From Eledone cirrhosa (lineage: Eukaryota), in the NCBI GenBank assembly GCA_964016885.1, contig OZ024754.1, positions 45,632,001 through 45,696,000 of the forward strand: a stretch of DNA of 64,000 nt, written 5' to 3'. Under the pieces are notes generated by a model. It was not told the origin of the DNA, did not search any database, and worked only from the letters and a program-made list of their open reading frames with translations. The first letter of the stretch is position 1. Each line of letters starts with the position of its first letter. Positions 13,722 to 32,549 of the stretch are shown here, one piece after another. The translations under genes and the position numbers were made by a program.

Positions 13722-14754
13722 CATATATATTTATATATATAATATATAATATATATAATATATATAATATATAATATATATAATATATATAATATATATA
13801 TAATATATATATAATATATAATATATATATATAATATATATATAATATATATATAATATATATAATATATATAATATATATATAATATATAATATATATA
13901 TAATATATATATAATATAATATAATATATATATAATATATAATATATATATAATATATAATATAATATATATATAATATATAATATATATATATAATATA
14001 TAATATATAATATATAATATATATATAATATATAATATATATATAATATATAATATATATATAATATATAATATATATATAATATATAATATATATATAA
14101 TATATAATATATATATAATATATATATAATATATAATATATATATAATATATAATATATATATATAATATATATATATAATATATATATAATATATATAT
14201 AATATATATATAATATATATATATATATAATATAATATATATATATATATAATATATATATAATATATATATAATATATATATAATATATATATAATATA
14301 TATATATAATATATATATAATATATATATAATATATATATAATATATATATAATATATATATAATATATATATAATATATATAATATATATAATATATAT
14401 AATATATATAATATATATTATATATATAATATATATTATATATAATATATATAATATATATATATATAATATATATAATATATATATATATAATATATAT
14501 AATATATATTATATATATATATATTATATATAATATATATTATATATATATATATTATATATAATATATATATAATATATATATATATAATATATATAAT
14601 ATATATATATATAATATATATAATATATATTATATATAATATATATAATATATATTATATATAATATATATATATATTATATATAATATATATATATATT
14701 ATATATAATATATATATAATATATATATATATATAATATATATTATATTATATA
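13722..14754. repeat. About 1-kb interrupted (TA)n array, mostly AA-type interruptions
   Basis: Directly visible. Runs into the gap. Confidence 0.97.
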
Positions 14755-14954
14755 NNNNNNNNNNNNNNNNNNNNNNNNNNNNNNNNNNNNNNNNNNNNNN
14801 NNNNNNNNNNNNNNNNNNNNNNNNNNNNNNNNNNNNNNNNNNNNNNNNNNNNNNNNNNNNNNNNNNNNNNNNNNNNNNNNNNNNNNNNNNNNNNNNNNNN
14901 NNNNNNNNNNNNNNNNNNNNNNNNNNNNNNNNNNNNNNNNNNNNNNNNNNNNNN
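14755..14954. other. Assembly gap, 200 N
   Basis: Run of N. Confidence 1.
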
Positions 14955-15221
14955 GACACAAGAGTCTGCTATAATTTCCATCGCACAAATGACAATAGAA
15001 AACTAATTATCAATACATAAAGAGCAAATATCTATAATTAGGAGCATAATCGATCTGAAACGTCAAAGAAATACAACGAATAAGCTACTGAATTAAATGA
15101 TTATAACGCCTAAAGAAATGTGTTATTATATCATTTGTAATGAATCCCAAACATCTTTAAAACATTGTTAGATGACATGGAAGAATAGAAATAGGCACGT
15201 TTTACAATATAACAATACTAG

Positions 15222-15421
15222 GATATATATATATATATATATAATATATATATAATATATATATAATATATATATATAATATATATAATATATATATATA
15301 ATATATATAATATATATATATATAATATATATATATATAATATATATATAATATATATATAATATATGCAAATATTTTATTTAAAATTGTTGGGTTACAA
15401 CGAGTAAATATTTTATATATA

Positions 15422-15501
<80 letters not shown>

Positions 15502-16026
15502 TATATATATATAATATATATATATATAATATAATATATATAATATATATATATTATATATATATTATATATATATATATTATATATATTATATTATATA
15601 TATTATATATATTATATTATATATATTATATATTATATATTATATATATTATATTATATATATTATATATATATATATTATATATATTATATATATATAT
15701 ATTATATATATTATATATATATATATTATATATATTATATTATATATATTATATATATATTATATTATATATATTATATATATATATATTATATATATAT
15801 ATATATTATATATATTATATATATATATTATATATATTTATATATATTTATATATATTATATATATATATATTATATATATATATATTATATATATTTAT
15901 ATATATATATATTTATATATATATATTATATATATTTATATATATATATATTATATATATTTATATATATTATATATTTATATATATATATTATATATAT
16001 TTATATATATATATATTATATATATT

Positions 16027-16058
<32 letters not shown>

Positions 16059-16362
16059 ATATATATTTATATATATATATATTATATATATTTATATATA
16101 TAATATATATTTATATATATATATATTTATATATATATTTATATATATATATATTTATATATATATTTATATATATATATATTTATATATATATATTTAT
16201 ATATATATTTATATATATATATTTATATATATATATTTATATATATATATTATATATATTTATATATATTTATATATATATTTATATATATATATATTTA
16301 TATATATATTTATATATATATATATTTATATTTATATATATTATATATATATATTATATATA

Positions 16363-16411
<49 letters not shown>

Positions 16412-16587
16412 ATATTATATATATATATATTATATATATATATATTATATATATATATATTATATATATATATATTATATATATATATATTATATATATA
16501 TATTATATATTATATATATATATTATATATATATATATATTATATATATATATATATTATATATATATATATATTATATATATATAT

Positions 16588-16619
<32 letters not shown>

Positions 16620-16918
16620 ATATATTATATATATATATTATATATATATATATTATATATATATATATATTATATATATATATTATATATATATATATTA
16701 TATATATATATATATTATATATATATATATTATATATATATATTATATATATATATATATTATATATATATATATATTATATATATATATATTATATATA
16801 TATATATTATATATATATATATATATTATATATATATATATTATATATATATATATATTATATATATATATATATTATATATATATATTATATATATATA
16901 TATTATATATATATATAT

Positions 16919-16950
<32 letters not shown>

Positions 16951-17177
16951 ATATTATATATATATATATTATATATATATATTATATATATATATATATT
17001 ATATATATATATATTATATATATATATTATATATATATATATTATATATATATATATTATATATATATATTATATATATATATATATTATATATATATAT
17101 ATTATATATATATATTATATATATATATATTATATATATATATTATATATATATATATATATTATATATATATATAT

Positions 17178-17209
<32 letters not shown>

Positions 17210-17213
17210 ATAT

Positions 17214-17245
<32 letters not shown>

Positions 17246-17762
17246 ATATATTATATATATATATATATTATATATATATATATATATTATATATATATAT
17301 ATATTATATATATACGTATATTATATATATTATATATATATATATATTATATATATATTATATATATATATATATATTATATATATATATATATTATATA
17401 TATATATATATTATATATATACGTATATTATATATATACGTATATTATATATATTATATATATATATATATTATATATATATATATATTATATATATATA
17501 TATATTATATATATATATATATATTATATATATACGTATATTATATTTATATATATATATATATATTATATATATTATATATATATATATATTATATATA
17601 TATTATATATATATTATATATATATATTATATATATATATTATATATATTATATTATATTATATATATATATATTATATATATATTATATATATATATTA
17701 TATATATTATATTATATTATATATATATTATATTATATATATATATTATATTATATATATAT
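15222..17762. repeat. About 2.5-kb interrupted (TA)n array
   Basis: Directly visible, with a short unique spacer near 15367-15410. Confidence 0.97.
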
Positions 17763-17769
17763 AGGTGAA

Positions 17770-17986
17770 GGCGCGTGGCTGAGTGGTAAGAGAATTGGAT
17801 TCGCAATCGTGGGGTTGTGAGTTCGATTCCCGCACCAGCTGATACGTTATGTCCTTGAGCAAGACACTTTATTTCACGTTGGTCCTTCTACCTGGAGTTG
17901 CGACCGATAGATAGTATCAGCAACTGGAAAGACCCATGGAAACATTGTCTCCTCGGTCCGATTCGACGAAAGTCGATCTACTGGCG
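17770..17986 (+). mobile_element. tRNA-derived SINE family B with alternative tail
   Basis: A box TGGCTGAGTGG (17776-17786), B box GTTCGATTCC (17821-17830), CORE-like GTCCTTGAGCAAGACACTT. Tail homologous to 36083-36187 (-). Confidence 0.8.
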
Positions 17987-19564
17987 ATATATATATATAT
18001 ATATATATTCTCAGGCTGCAGTTGTTCCCACTGAGATTTATACGCATGTTTTCCAATCTCTACCTTATTCAAAACATGATTTAAAAGGGGATTATTACGA
18101 GTGCTATGTTTTGTCTTGTATCTTTTGGTTTTGGGCGTTTTTTTCAATGTAATAGTTATTTCGACCATAGTAAAAATACACCACATTTAAGGGAAAGAAC
18201 AACTATTTAAATCTCGTCATTAATTTAACTAACAAATGGAAGGGAAGTTGATTTCGAAATAATTTGAACTTAGAATACAAAAACGTGAAGGGTATAATGC
18301 AATTAATTATCTTCTACACCCTAATTACGGCAACACTAACGAAACATTTGATTTAATAATAATAATAATAATAATAAATTGATAAGCCAAAATATAATGC
18401 GTCATATCTTAAATGGCCTAAACAGTTATATCTAAGATATTAACTCCTATGTGTGGTTTTGTAATGAAAACAAGCTTCATGTGGTAGGTGTAATAGAGAT
18501 CATCTAAGAAATTCCTGTTATTGCGGTAGATTAGATGTTAGTATTGCCGGCTGATCTCTTCGTTCTCAGTCTTTCGGTATGACATAGGGTCCATAGATTA
18601 GATTAAGAAAAACCAGTATATTTAACGCTTAATTGACCATCTACCTAGCTGTATATATGTAATACACTAGATGGGTGTTCAGCTATGTGCCATAAGCAAC
18701 AGTACCAGCAGCTTTATAACATTTAAATATGATATATTACTTTAGATTACCGTGTGTAACTTCCATCTTGGTCTGGATAAGGAAATGGGAATCACTCTAT
18801 TAACAATCGAGTAGGAATACTACATATCACTGCGAAAAACATGCTGCTGATGAGGATGAATGAACAAAGAGAAGATATACAAACATCATGCTAATTTCTT
18901 AAGATACAATAGAGCATTACTGCTTTCTTTTCGCCTGTGTTTGTATTATCTTAACAATCCAAAACACGGGCTGAGATAAACAATGTATTATTAAACATAA
19001 GTAGAATTCACCAACAGATAATAAAAGATTGCTATTCTTATGCTATATTTCCTGCACTGAGGCAAGTAAGAAAAACCAGATGTTTAACAATGTTCCCAGA
19101 AAATTGAAGAAAAATACGCCTCGTTATTATGTATATATACGTTGAACATTGAACAAATAAGACTCTGTGAATTCGAATATATAACACAAAGAAACCTTAA
19201 TGTATGTTAAAAAGATGATTTCATATTAAGAAGAATGATAGTTTCAAACGTACTATACCGATACTGCAGAATCTACACAACTTTATAAAAAGAAAATACA
19301 ATATATTTACGAAGATGCTTTAGTGATATTTCTGAAATACATTTATTGAAACATATGTATGAACAACTAAAGATATAACTAGATATAAAGGTTGCAATAG
19401 TAGAAACTGAGGACCTCTTCCACGAATGAAATAATATATTCAATTTAAGATTTGTTTTAAGATGTACGAAGGATGACAATTTATTGGTGACTATTGTTTG
19501 ATCTATTTAATAACCCAGACAACATAACATTTCAACTCGAAGTTTATTATTACAGATGAAGTTA

Positions 19565-19680
19565 CTTTCTGAGTTTAAATTCGATCATATCGAGCACCAG
19601 AAATGCACTGGACTTGACTTAGTCGACTTTCCGCCCCCTTCAAATTGGTGGTCTTGAGTAAAAAGTAGAAACAATATCGA
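19565..19680 (+). mobile_element. Internally deleted SINE family A copy
   Basis: TTCTGAGTTTAAATTC...CACCAGAAATGCACTGG...GTAGAAACAAT. Confidence 0.6.
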
Positions 19681-20149
19681 TAATAATTTAATAACCACGA
19701 TAATAATATTTTATCATTTGTCATAAATAAACAACCTATTTATCTCGTATGTCTTCTTGAATGTACTATTGTCAGAACACAGAAAACAGGTGTTAAAGAA
19801 TTAAGTTAGCAGAGTATAAAAAATATCTGTAAACATAAAATAATTACAGTGCTATCTTGATAATTGGTGGTCTAGACTCTTTGTAAAGAAATCATTAAAT
19901 ATAAATATTATACGTTAAATTAAAAAGCATCGAATTTCCTAAATGAATAAAATATTAAATGTCTTAAGAATGTAATTGTTAATACTATAATAAGTATTTG
20001 ATACTTATTTATTCACCAATTTAGATTCTTTATAAAATTTAATGTCATTCGATTGAACATTTAAAACCTAATGATTAAGTTAGTAAAAGCCAATATATTC
20101 TACTTCCGCCATCTTCTGCGACAGGTATTCTCTTTATGACTCAATCATC

Positions 20150-20415
20150 AGAACTGCCCACTCGTGAAATTGAGTTTAAGTGGCTGAGTATTTCAAAGGC
20201 AACGTAGTTCTTTTGGTGATTCAGCGTGACATAATGTGGGACAAGTGTGGCCCATTGTATTCTGAGTAAAACTCATGTTCTCCAGGTGTGGTGGGATTGG
20301 AGCAATGTGCAATAAAATGTCTTGCTAAATGACACAAAGCATCGACCGGTCCGGGAATCGAACTTATGAACTTGCGATCATGATCTAAACACCCTAAATA
20401 CTAAGCCACGTGTAC
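20150..20415 (-). mobile_element. SINE family B, near full length
   Basis: Reverse complement begins CACGTGGCTTAGT...AAGTTCGATTCCCGGACC...AGCAAGACATTTTATT...TTGCTCCA. Confidence 0.75.
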
Positions 20416-21949
20416 TTTCAATACAATCAATATATCCCTAAAATAGTTTCTGAGTTAAAGACAATGGCAACTAATTTCGGCCAGGTTACAGTCGATTAAA
20501 TTGACCTCATTGCGTTTCTTGTTCTTTATCGGGAGAATGTGAAATCAACACATCCCTTTAATACATGTCATTGAACACTAATCTATCAATAAGGTTTGAC
20601 ATAACAAATCCTCCAACAACTGATTGATTGTGTTCTGTTGTTAGGGGTTGTCTATATAACTGAGATCGTTGCGGCCAGCCGTATTCCTGTTTGTGGTCTG
20701 TATCAGCCGGCGAAATTCACATCCTTTTCCAGCATCAGATGTTATAGTAAAGAGTAGGAGCATGCTTCTTTCTTTCAAGGAGCATAAGTATTATCGTTAT
20801 ATTCTTACATATTAAACGACCAACGTTGTGAGTTCGACGACAACAGAAAATAAGTTGTTTAAACGACCAACATTTATACTAAATATAGCGAACATGCTCT
20901 AATGCAAAAACATGACACATTCGTTCAGCATTGGCAAAATTGATATTTTGCCCTGGTATCATCCTAACCATCATCATCAGTACCACCACCACCAACAACA
21001 ACAGAAGATAATTATAATCTATTCCTGTCGTATATCAGTTGGGTGTTTTCGTCTTTGTTATTTCTGTGATGTTGTTGGTGATATTTATGTTTGTCATAGC
21101 AGTGTGATACCGCAGGCATTTATAACCTGTTTTATTGTATGAAAATCTTAGTAATTTATGTTTCTGCTTTCATAGAGCCAGTTAATCTATCTTCAGTTAT
21201 CAATTTTTCTTGCTGTAAAACCATCTAACTATCATATCTATTGATATATCTATTGATATAGCTATTAATATAACTATCCAGGTGATTTAATTATTATACC
21301 ATATATTTATCTGACTATTGTGCATATACATGTGAATATACACACATACGTATGCTGACCTGCCAAGCTCTAAAATCCCAAACGGGAACCACCATGAAAT
21401 GAAGTGCCCCAACACGGGGAGAAATGAGGCAAAATGGGGAGATTTTACATAATGAAAGCTATACCCATTTTCATATGAGAAGACATCTCTCACCCACCTC
21501 AGCGTGGGTGGGAGATCTCCCCGTCGGGCAGGAAGACTTGACAGGTCTGGTATAGATCCTAACGTAAGTGACTCTGATAGTCAATCCTTATTAATGATAG
21601 TCTAGAAAACCGTGTAAAGAAAGGTTATGCCGAAACAACGCTACCTTCATTTGTTCGGGAAGGACAAACAATTTTCCTTCGTCTGGTGAATATGGCCAAA
21701 GTCTTATCAAGGACAGATTACAAAAGGACGTAGGACAGGCCTCTTCGATTAATCTCTTCAGTGTCCACATAGAATTGTAGTTAGGGGAGAAATATTCTGT
21801 CCTTCATTAATACTATTCTTCGTCTAATCGTATCCAAAAGTTTGAGTATGGCTCAGCTGAATAGATACATTCTCGGTATACTATAAGACATAGGATGTTA
21901 GGAATTTGCTTATTTTCTCTCTTTTGGATATATAATATAACCCGGCATT

Positions 21950-22258
21950 GGTAGTCCCGGTTATTCGCAGCATTTTCCTTACAACCTAACTAATATTTGT
22001 TCGTGGAAACCATGGCATATTCGCGGAATCGTAAATATCTTCCGCGATTCTTTTATGGCTTTTTTCGTGGGGCAATATATATATGTTTTTTAACGCTAAA
22101 TTATTAATAATAATATACCGTATTTGCCAGTCTATTGGACGCGCCTTCCCATAAGACGCTCCCTCTTTTTTTCATATTTTACGTTATATTTTGCGGTTTT
22201 TCACTCTTCGCGTGTGCTCTAGGAACGTAACCCCCGCGAATAACGAGAGACAACTATA
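21950..22258. mobile_element. Possible Tigger/pogo-like MITE with an internal Tc2-like terminus
   Basis: Ends share GTTATTCGC in inverted orientation. The right end GAACGTAACCCCCGCGAATAACGAGA resembles Tigger TIRs, and TACCGTATTTGCC...TAAGACGC lies near 22116. Confidence 0.45.
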
Positions 22259-22857
22259 CTTTGCAAAATGAAACTTAGCTATAATCGTATCGGGTGTCTT
22301 TAGAACACCGACGCTCATGGCCGCCGCTAACTCTTCATAGAAAGCAATTACCCGACTGAATAATAATGAACAGGAAATTATTCAGATAACAAATTTAAAT
22401 TCCAGGAAAATATTTTCCATCACAAACACGCAAGAACAAATCTAAGAAACAATACTGTAGAGGAATTGAAGGGTGAGGAAAGCGACATCACACTTGTGCA
22501 GTCTAAGCAGACTATGCAGCAATTTTAGTGAGAAGTCAATCAGAAACTGCTGTCCTGATATAAAATACTTGGTGGGAAAGATTATGTTAAAATTCAGAAC
22601 AATTGGCCAGGACAAATATTAATGGCTGGAAAACCAATTGAATGTTCTTGTAAATTAGATAAGGTTATGGGACAACTCAGGGGATTGCAGAGAATTATAA
22701 AATTATATAAAGGAGTGCTTAATGTTATGTATGCTAATTCACGGCAGCTAGAAGTTCGAATTTAATATTACAGAGGAAAGACAAAAAGTAGTACAGAATG
22801 TATCAGTATTATTGTTACATGCTGATAACACTCACATTTTATTATCATTATTTTTAT

Positions 22858-23600
22858 GCCACCGAGGTTAACTTTGCCTTTCATACTTACGGGGTCGATA
22901 AAATAAAGTACCAGTAATGCACTGGGATAATTGCTGGCCTTGTGCCTAAAGAAGAAACAATTATTTTTATGCCAGTATCGGTAGAGGGTCGGACGCCATG
23001 CTTTCTAGCATAGTTACGTCCTTTTACAGACTGAGTTCAAATCTCACCGAAGTTACCTTTGCCTTTCATCCTTACGGGGTGGATAAAATAAAGTACCAGT
23101 AATGTACTGGGTAATTTCTGGCCTTGTGCCAAATGTAGAAACAATTATTTGTATGATGAGGTTTGACAGAATTGGCCAACATGATCAGCGGCAAAGATTC
23201 CTGTACGTTCTGAGTTCAAATACCGCCAAGGTTAACTTTGCCTTAAGAGGTCGATAAAATAAAGTACCAATAACGCACTGGAGTTGAGTTAATCGACTTC
23301 CGCCACCTGAGAATTGTTGGCCGTGTGCCTAAATCAGAAACTATTAATTTTATGGGTGGATTGGCAGAATCATTAGAACGTTGAACTGAACGGTTTATGG
23401 TATTTATTCAACTCCTCCTGAATTCAGTTTTACCTTTCAGCCTTTCGGAGTCGATACAACAAAGATCAACTACAGTGAGGGAGTTGCAGGCTCAGTGTCT
23501 AATTTTAAAATATAAGTATTTAAAGCACTGGGATGGCAGAATCGATAGATCAATGTGCAAAATAATTTACTGTATTTAGTTGCGCCTCTTTAGGTTCCTA
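22858..23600 (+). mobile_element. Head-to-tail cluster of about 5 SINE family A copies or fragments
   Basis: The ACCGAGGTTAACTTTGCC...ATAAAATAAAGTACCA core recurs near 22860, 23045 and 23220, with a weaker copy near 23430 and a head fragment near 23530. Confidence 0.85.
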
Positions 23601-23820
23601 ATCCACAACTGAAATTATTGAACTAGTATTTATAGTCATCTGCATTGTGGTGGCCACTCCAAATAATTTCAAATTTTCCCAATTCTTTGCAAATTAACCA
23701 TATATATACGTATGAGGTTGACAGCTGTGAGAATGGGGCACTCAATACCGAAGTAGTGTTTTAATATTCATTTTATTTAGGGTAACTCAAAATGAATACG
23801 GTATATATATATATATAAAC

Positions 23821-23955
23821 ACAGAGCTGTATGGGACCATCCCAAAAGTCAGCTCAAAAGTGACACAAAGGAGACTGAGGTTAGCTGGAGATGCTCACCG
23901 ACATCCAGAGTTGACATTGCACTCAGTGCTCCTGTGGGAGACCCTACATGGACAC
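23821..23955 (+). mobile_element. RTE-clade LINE ORF fragment (post-RT C-terminal region)
   Basis: Open for 45 codons: TELYGTIPKVSSKVTQRRLRLAGDAHRHPELTLHSVLLWETLHGH. Matches the ELYG...RRLRLAGH..RH....LLWEP.HG pattern. Confidence 0.8.
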
Positions 23956-23957
23956 AC

Positions 23958-29387
<5,430 letters not shown>

Positions 29388-29839
29388 CGACTGACTTCCG
29401 TCCGTTTCGACAACTAGATCCGAACACGGGATCTCAGATACAATTACAATATGCATTGACAAGCTAGACAAATATCTTTGAAGCATTCTACAATAAGGAA
29501 CATTGCAATGTTTCACGTATTCACCTCTCAACAATAAAATATATTCGTACTGAAACATTACCAAAGGATCAGAAGTAACCGTACAACAGGTTGAATGTTA
29601 GTAAAATATCGTCCTTGCCATTCTTATATATGTTAATAAACTGCACTCAAACAACAAAGAACTGTACATGCTGGGGCAACGAAGAAAACATATAACACTA
29701 CTGAAAAGGTATAAGAATATTTTATAGTGTTATTAATAATAACAATAGTGATTCTTCACGCTATTATTATTATTATCATCATACGGAAAGATAACAACCA
29801 ATATTGGAAAAATATGCTTAATATTCTTTAAGCATAAGA

Positions 29840-30560
29840 ATAGCATAAGAAATATACCTAAGGAACCAAGAAGAAGGGAGAAAAAATACTTGACCATCGA
29901 AGAATTGGAAAAAGCATCAATAATAGATTTACGTTACAAATGGAAAGTTTAGAGGAATTAGAAGCCAGCAAAAATATAGATTGAAGAACGCTTTAGGTAG
30001 TTCCATACAAAGTGATATATAATACTATAGTATTTTAGAATGGATACTATATCATATATTAACCACGCTCATAAATGCTGCCAATATTCATCAGAAGGAC
30101 ATGTGAAGATATATTAGAAGATACGGAGAAATATATAACATGAAAGAATGTGTATACATTAATGGTTTAGTAAGAAAAGATTATAGAGTGTTAAAATAAA
30201 TATCACAATATTTGGTTCTAGAAAATAAAAGCAAATTTTGGATGGAATACAAAAGACATCCCACGGGATTAGAAACACTTACGCGGAGACGCTTGACCCC
30301 AAACAAACAAACGAAGATGTCAAAACCAGATACAAAAACACAGACGATATAATATATTCTCCAGAGGACTAAACTGATTTAACTAGATATAAATGAATGC
30401 TGGGAACGACAGAATAGTCGTAATATATTGGTTGAAAAATATAAATGTTATTGGAACAACGTGGGAGATAACCATAGCAAAAGAAAAATACCAAAAGTCT
30501 TACAAAAAGTCAAATTCCAAGGAAATGTATTAAGATAAATTCTTGTTATATAAACGTCTC
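29840..30560 (+). mobile_element. Decayed Dong/R4-like retrotransposon, post-RT region
   Basis: IYLRNQEEGRK..LTIEE (from 29852, cf. LYLxRxEGGRGLxSIE), TDDIIYSPED*TDLTRY (from 30340, cf. TExxIxAAQDQxLxTR), and IAKEKYQKSYK. Confidence 0.5.
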
Positions 30561-30674
30561 CAATCAAATAGTGAAGCAGTTACAATCATCCTGACTTTCT
30601 GAATATCAGGAACTTCATTATCCTGTGTGTCCTTATTTCTATCAGAGGAGGATAATAGCAGGCTTTATTTAGTT

Positions 30675-30855
30675 CAATGGTTGTCAAAGTGTGTTCCGTG
30701 GAACCCAAGGGTTCCGCAAAAGAGTGTCTGTTCTTCCGTGAAAGGTAGAGGAGTATATTTATATTACGACAATATAACAGTATTAGACTTTAGGCTTCCC
30801 CAAAACGTTGCTGAACCAAAATGGTTCTGCGTTTGAAGAAATTTAGGAAACCCAC
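30675..30855. mobile_element. hAT (Charlie-like) MITE
   Basis: Starts CAATGGTTGTCAAAGTGTG..GGAACCC..GGGTTCCG, with a degenerate right end. 8-bp flanks ATTTAGTT / ATTTAGCT (TSD with 1 mismatch). Confidence 0.75.
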
Positions 30856-30914
30856 ATTTAGCTGATTGAGTGACCATTTAGATACTCCCAGTATAGGCCT
30901 TGTAATAATGTATT

Positions 30915-31112
30915 TTCACTTAGACACGAGCCTAACAATTTTGAAGGTGGGTAAAGTCGATTAAATCGACCTCAATGCATTACTGGTACTTTATTTTATC
31001 GACACTCTGAATTTGAAAGGTAAAGAAAACCTCGGCAAGATTTGAAGTCAGAACGTAAAGGAACGTAATTCTATACTGCGAAGCATGTTGTCCGGTTCGA
31101 CCCATACACCGC
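30915..31112 (-). mobile_element. SINE family A copy
   Basis: TGCATTACTGGTACTTTATTTTATCGAC...TTTGAAGTCAGAACGTAAAG. Confidence 0.75.
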
Positions 31113-31439
31113 ATATGCCCTGTAATAAAATAAAGGTGTAAATACACCCAACTAAAATGTCTTCGGTTCGTAGAATTACAATTCCAACTTTCTGGAATAA
31201 GGGAAGGATTTCAAAATTAAATTATATGGTAACAAGTTAACAACTATTTTTCGAATTAGATGATACAAATAGGATTTGTATATATATTTGAATGTTCGAA
31301 TGAAAGGCTGACATTTTATATCCATGAATTTCGTAGTAATGTGATGTTCAGTAATAGGGTTTTCAACGAAGAGAAGGTTATTCCTTGATATAATAGTTGA
31401 TAATATACACCGGTAGATAACCAGTATATATTTCATTAC

Positions 31440-31960
31440 CACAAGGACAGAAAGGACACGGAAGAAACCGTAGATCTAAAGACCTATTAGAGATAAATGA
31501 AATCTGGGATTACAGGAAACTACATACAAATTTCACAATAGCATGCAACGATTTTAATAAAAGATCCGTAACATGATATTTCATACCCCCATAATAGAAT
31601 ACCTAAATGTAATTGGGATAGCAGCGAATATAAAGGAAATTGATTGTAAAATGTATTAATAAATCGACAACAAAATGAATCTAATCGAATGAATTGATAT
31701 GAAATATTCACAGGAATATAACGATCTTTCAAATTAATAGTTATCTCCTCTTCCTTTTGTAATTTAGAGTATGTGAGGTCAAATTAACAGGCCTATACCG
31801 AATGATAAAAGATTATTGTATTATTCTATGAAGACGAAATATATCAATGAGGAAAACATGGCTTCTTTGCGAAACTGTGGAAAGAACGAAGTGGTTAGTA
31901 TAAATATATACGAGAATGTTATTCAGATATAGGAAGGAATCTGCAGTTTAAATATGTTGG
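31440..31960 (+). mobile_element. Decayed Dong/R4-like reverse transcriptase fragment
   Basis: QKGHGRNRRSKDLLEINEI (from 31448, cf. QKGCxxxSRGTKDQLLIDK), then NFTIACNDFNK and, after a frameshift, NMIFHTPIIEYLNVIGI (cf. NLSMAWIDYKKAYDMVPHSWIIECL). Confidence 0.6.
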
Positions 31961-32515
31961 ATTTGAACAGCGTTAAAAAAGGAAGATAGCAGAGAGGATT
32001 CTGACACAATTACTAGATATGTAAATCATATATAAGTTTGACATTCGTCAACTCCAAGTCTACTCTGAGTAAACCAAATTGTGATCAAAGATATTCTAGA
32101 TTTGATTCCGGCCGTTTCGACAGCTAGCATATATATATATATATGAGATGATGATGATGTTAATTAGATCAATTGAGCAATGTACAGACACTTCAGAATA
32201 ATAATTGTAAATAGATTGAGTACGTCCTTGATAGATGGAGTACATTTTTGTTGAACCCCATCAGATTCAACGGTATGGCTACAAACTGCGATCATATATA
32301 TGTCTGGTCTGACAATAATATCAAAGCGAGCCGTTCAATATAATAGAAAATCAAATCAAGAAATATATGTATATATGATTTGATTTTATATATATTATTT
32401 GAATATATATATATATATGTGTATATATATATGTTTATATATATATGTGTGTATATATATGTGTGTATATATATATGTGTATATATACATTGCTTGATAT
32501 ATAATTACATTGCTT

Positions 32516-32549
<34 letters not shown>

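Noticed and set aside
14699-14988. ORFs containing X runs
   Set aside because: Artefacts of the N gap.
17770-17840. tRNA gene
   Set aside because: A and B boxes are present, but the acceptor stem does not close and the sequence runs into a SINE body with no terminator.
21517-21528. CTCCCCGTCGGG, complementary to a tRNA-Asp 3' end (possible primer binding site)
   Set aside because: Lacks the leading TGG and any adjacent LTR end. A 12-nt match may be chance.
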